A stretch of DNA of 6,740 bases from a virus, in IMG/VR virus record IMGVR_UViG_3300011982_000009, positions 1 to 6,740 of that record; one strand, given 5' to 3'. The notes beneath the pieces were generated by a model. It was not told the origin of the DNA. It did no database searches and was given only the letters and a program-made list of their open reading frames with translations. This document shows, piece after piece, positions 4,618 to 6,740 of the stretch. The position numbers and the translations under genes were made by a program. Position 1 is the stretch's first letter, and the number at the start of each line of letters is the position of its first letter.

Positions 4618-6378
4618 TTAAACTAAATAATCTATTTGTTTGTTAGCCTTTGAAGATTTGAGCGATTGTAAATTATCATTACGGACCTTATCTAAATACT
4701 TACGAAAATGCGGACGATTATACTCAAAATAAGGTGCCAAATATTCTCTATCTAACAACTCATTATTATGGTCATAGAACAAGTCAACGGATAAATCATG
4801 AGATTCAAGTATAACATTTATTTCATGATTATTGACAGCGTCTTCTTTACGAAAAGGTAACGTCGCTAAGAATGAATAATCAGCACTGAGTTGATAATCA
4901 TAATTAGGAATAGAAATACCATCATAAGTAATAACATCATTAAGCTTTTCAAGAAATTGACATTGCTGAAAGAGTTGTAATTGCGCATATTGTGTCCAAA
5001 ACCAATCAAGCATATAGAGATAATGATTAGGGTGACACTCATATTTAACACACCAATTAAGACACGCACGAGCAGCAGCAACATCAGCTTGATGGAACCA
5101 ACAATCATCGCGCGTATGTGTATCTCCGTAGCAATCTACATAAGTAGTAGGGTATAAACGCGTATTCTTTTGATACCAATCAAAACAGGCCAAAGACGCA
5201 GGAATATCTATTCTTTCAATTCCATCTCTATTTTTAAGTTTGATAAATCGCGTATATACACGAAATTTATCCACGCCAGATAAAGTGCTATATTGAAAAC
5301 ATTTTGGGAAGAATCGACCGACAGCACTCGAGGGAACTGGAGAAACAAAAGTTTGTCTTCCATCTCGGGTAACAGATTCATAACTTCTAAATATATGTCC
5401 GCGATTGAACATTTCGAGTACTTTTTTATCATCAAACGACTTATAGCCGACAGCTGGCCCTTTAGAAGCCAGACAGAATGTGCGGGTAGATTTAGCTTGT
5501 AGAACCGGTGGCAAGTTAACATTGCCAGTAACATATTTCGAAACATAGGCTGCAGCGTCTCCAGTGACGGACTGGACATCGATATTAGCTTTATCGCACA
5601 ACGTCCAAGCCTTATATATACACCGGGGCGCGTATGAAAACGCCTTTTCATCGTCAAACCAAAGGAGACCATGGTAATGAGGTCGAAAGGTTGTGGGTGT
5701 GTACTCGCTGCAAATGAAGTAGCGGACACTTTGTTTACACGATTCTTTTTTCTTTTCATAATCAGTAAGATAATATTTATAAACAGAATAATATAACTCG
5801 TATGTTTCAGAATCTAAATCATCAAGCCATTCCTTGAAAGGGACAGAACCATCATAACCGAGGAAACGAGTAAAAGTGAACAACTTATCTTGAAAAATAA
5901 GCTTATAATGTTTAACAAGAAGATGAAACAAATGCCATCTAAAACGTTTCATAAATTTTTGTACAGCATCACGACTAACAACAGCGAAAGTATCGCATAC
6001 GTCAAAATTCGTAATAGCAGGAACACCATCACGGCAAAGCGAAGAAGAAACGGAACGTTTCGGCGAGTAAGTAACGTTATCATCTCCTTGAAGGAGTACT
6101 CCTTTTTCGCCATCAAGAGTATAGAAATCAGAGTTTTGAGCACGTCCAAAAAAGGGAACATTATTATTATCAAATGTTAGAGTAAAAAACAAACTAAACT
6201 TGTTATCTTTCGTTTCCTGACGTAAACGAATACGCCAAATAGTAGCTTTTTTATGAAGACAACACTCACATTTACCACAAGCATGCGCAAATTTACGGCC
6301 ATTATGTTCTACAATGACAGGAGAAGTGCAGGGCAATAAAACTTCCTTTTCCTTAACAAGTTTAACTAAAGGATGCAT
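4618..6378 (-). CDS. Replication initiation protein (VP4 / A-like rolling-circle HUH endonuclease), 586 aa.
   Basis: It has an N-terminal Cys cluster HACGKCECC. Motif I is FSLFFTLTFD, motif II (HUH) is RPHYHGLLWF, and motif III with the catalytic Tyr pair is AAYVSKYVTGN. About 300 aa follow motif III. The start ATG overlaps the stop of the upstream 61-aa ORF (TAATG at 6380..6376). Confidence 0.95.
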   Translation of the reverse strand: MHPLVKLVKEKEVLLPCTSPVIVEHNGRKFAHACGKCECCLHKKATIWRIRLRQETKDNKFSLFFTLTFDNNNVPFFGRAQNSDFYTLDGEKGVLLQGDDNVTYSPKRSVSSSLCRDGVPAITNFDVCDTFAVVSRDAVQKFMKRFRWHLFHLLVKHYKLIFQDKLFTFTRFLGYDGSVPFKEWLDDLDSETYELYYSVYKYYLTDYEKKKESCKQSVRYFICSEYTPTTFRPHYHGLLWFDDEKAFSYAPRCIYKAWTLCDKANIDVQSVTGDAAAYVSKYVTGNVNLPPVLQAKSTRTFCLASKGPAVGYKSFDDKKVLEMFNRGHIFRSYESVTRDGRQTFVSPVPSSAVGRFFPKCFQYSTLSGVDKFRVYTRFIKLKNRDGIERIDIPASLACFDWYQKNTRLYPTTYVDCYGDTHTRDDCWFHQADVAAARACLNWCVKYECHPNHYLYMLDWFWTQYAQLQLFQQCQFLEKLNDVITYDGISIPNYDYQLSADYSFLATLPFRKEDAVNNHEINVILESHDLSVDLFYDHNNELLDREYLAPYFEYNRPHFRKYLDKVRNDNLQSLKSSKANKQIDYLV

Positions 6379-6563
6379 TAATAATTAGTTTTGATGAATT
6401 CTATTAAACTATCAAATGTTTTGAAGAAATAACATTCTCCATTTTCAAACTCAACACGAAAGACAATTAATTCAGCGTCACCATGCTTTGAAATTCTACG
6501 CTCTAAGAAAATAGACATCTGACAACATTCTACAATAGGAAAGTTAAGCTTAATATTTTTCAT
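6378..6563 (-). CDS. 61-aa hypothetical protein, translationally coupled to Rep.
   Basis: Sequence is MKNIKLNFPIVECCQMSIFLERRISKHGDAELIVFRVEFENGECYFFKTFDSLIEFIKTNY. Its stop overlaps the Rep ATG (ATGA... TAATG arrangement). Its 5' end overlaps the hydrolase 3' end by about 14 nt. An alternative internal start lies at M16 (about 6518). Confidence 0.55.
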   Translation of the reverse strand: MKNIKLNFPIVECCQMSIFLERRISKHGDAELIVFRVEFENGECYFFKTFDSLIEFIKTNY

Positions 6564-6740
6564 ATCGACTACCTTTTTTAATTAAATACTCTGACTTGTG
6601 AACATATCGATTAATCGAAACATGTACAAATGTAGGATAAATAATAACTTGACCAACACGACTATTAAGCAAAGCATTATCACGTATGAAACGTGCTAAC
6701 TTGATAGGGGTAAGACCTAAAACGCGAATATCAGCAGCAA
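6550..6740 (-). CDS. C-terminal part of the same peptidase M15-family hydrolase. Positions 6664-6740 duplicate 1-77. The stop codon TAA is at 6552..6550.
   Basis: Continuing the frame from position 1 into 6663 and downward gives ...SRVGQVIIYPTFVHVSINRYVHKSEYLIKKGSRYEKY*. The third conserved His lies in FVHVS. Its 3' end overlaps the start of the 61-aa ORF (ATG 6563) by about 14 nt. Confidence 0.75.
   Translation of the reverse strand, partial: AADIRVLGLTPIKLARFIRDNALLNSRVGQVIIYPTFVHVSINRYVHKSEYLIKKGSRYEKY

Noticed and set aside
2812-6173. Short same-strand alternative-frame ORFs inside VP1 and Rep (2812-3006, 4866-5108, 5949-6173).
   Set aside because: At 64-80 aa they are within chance expectation for off-frame ORFs. 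They have extremely hydrophobic, low-complexity I/L/V-rich compositions, typical of A/T-rich off-frame reads. Only the 183-codon ORF at 5208-5759 stands out statistically.
6607-6618. Perfect 12-nt palindrome TCGATTAATCGA, about 45 nt upstream of the 61-aa ORF start.
   Set aside because: Palindromes of 6-bp arms are expected about twice by chance in a genome this size and base composition. It is inside the hydrolase coding sequence and has no flanking symmetry. It could be an operator, but nothing supports that.

Overview
This window holds one complete circular Microviridae (ssDNA phage) genome of about 6,663 nt. Window positions 1-77 are identical to 6664-6740, so the window wraps around the circle. 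All genes lie on the minus strand, tightly packed, with no Shine-Dalgarno sequences. The absence of Shine-Dalgarno sequences, the AT-rich intergenic DNA and a TAnnTTTG-like element suggest a Bacteroidetes-type host and an Alpavirinae- or Gokushovirinae-like lineage. Reading the minus strand 5'->3', the genes are a 61-aa protein, replication initiator Rep/VP4 (586 aa, HUH motifs I-III plus an N-terminal Cys cluster), major capsid VP1 (710 aa), an acidic Pro-tailed 144-aa protein (VP3/scaffold-like), pilot protein VP2 (about 341 aa), two tiny single-TM peptides (28 and 38 aa), a GC-rich island holding a G5/C5 hairpin and a 53-aa highly basic ORF, and a 144-aa peptidase M15-type (SxHxxGxAxD) cell-wall hydrolase. 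The hydrolase ORF crosses the circular junction, so it is absent from the supplied ORF track. Other items worth a second look are a 183-codon +1-frame ORF embedded in Rep over motifs II-III and a long Rep C-terminal extension. All plus-strand ORFs in the track read as antisense shadows.
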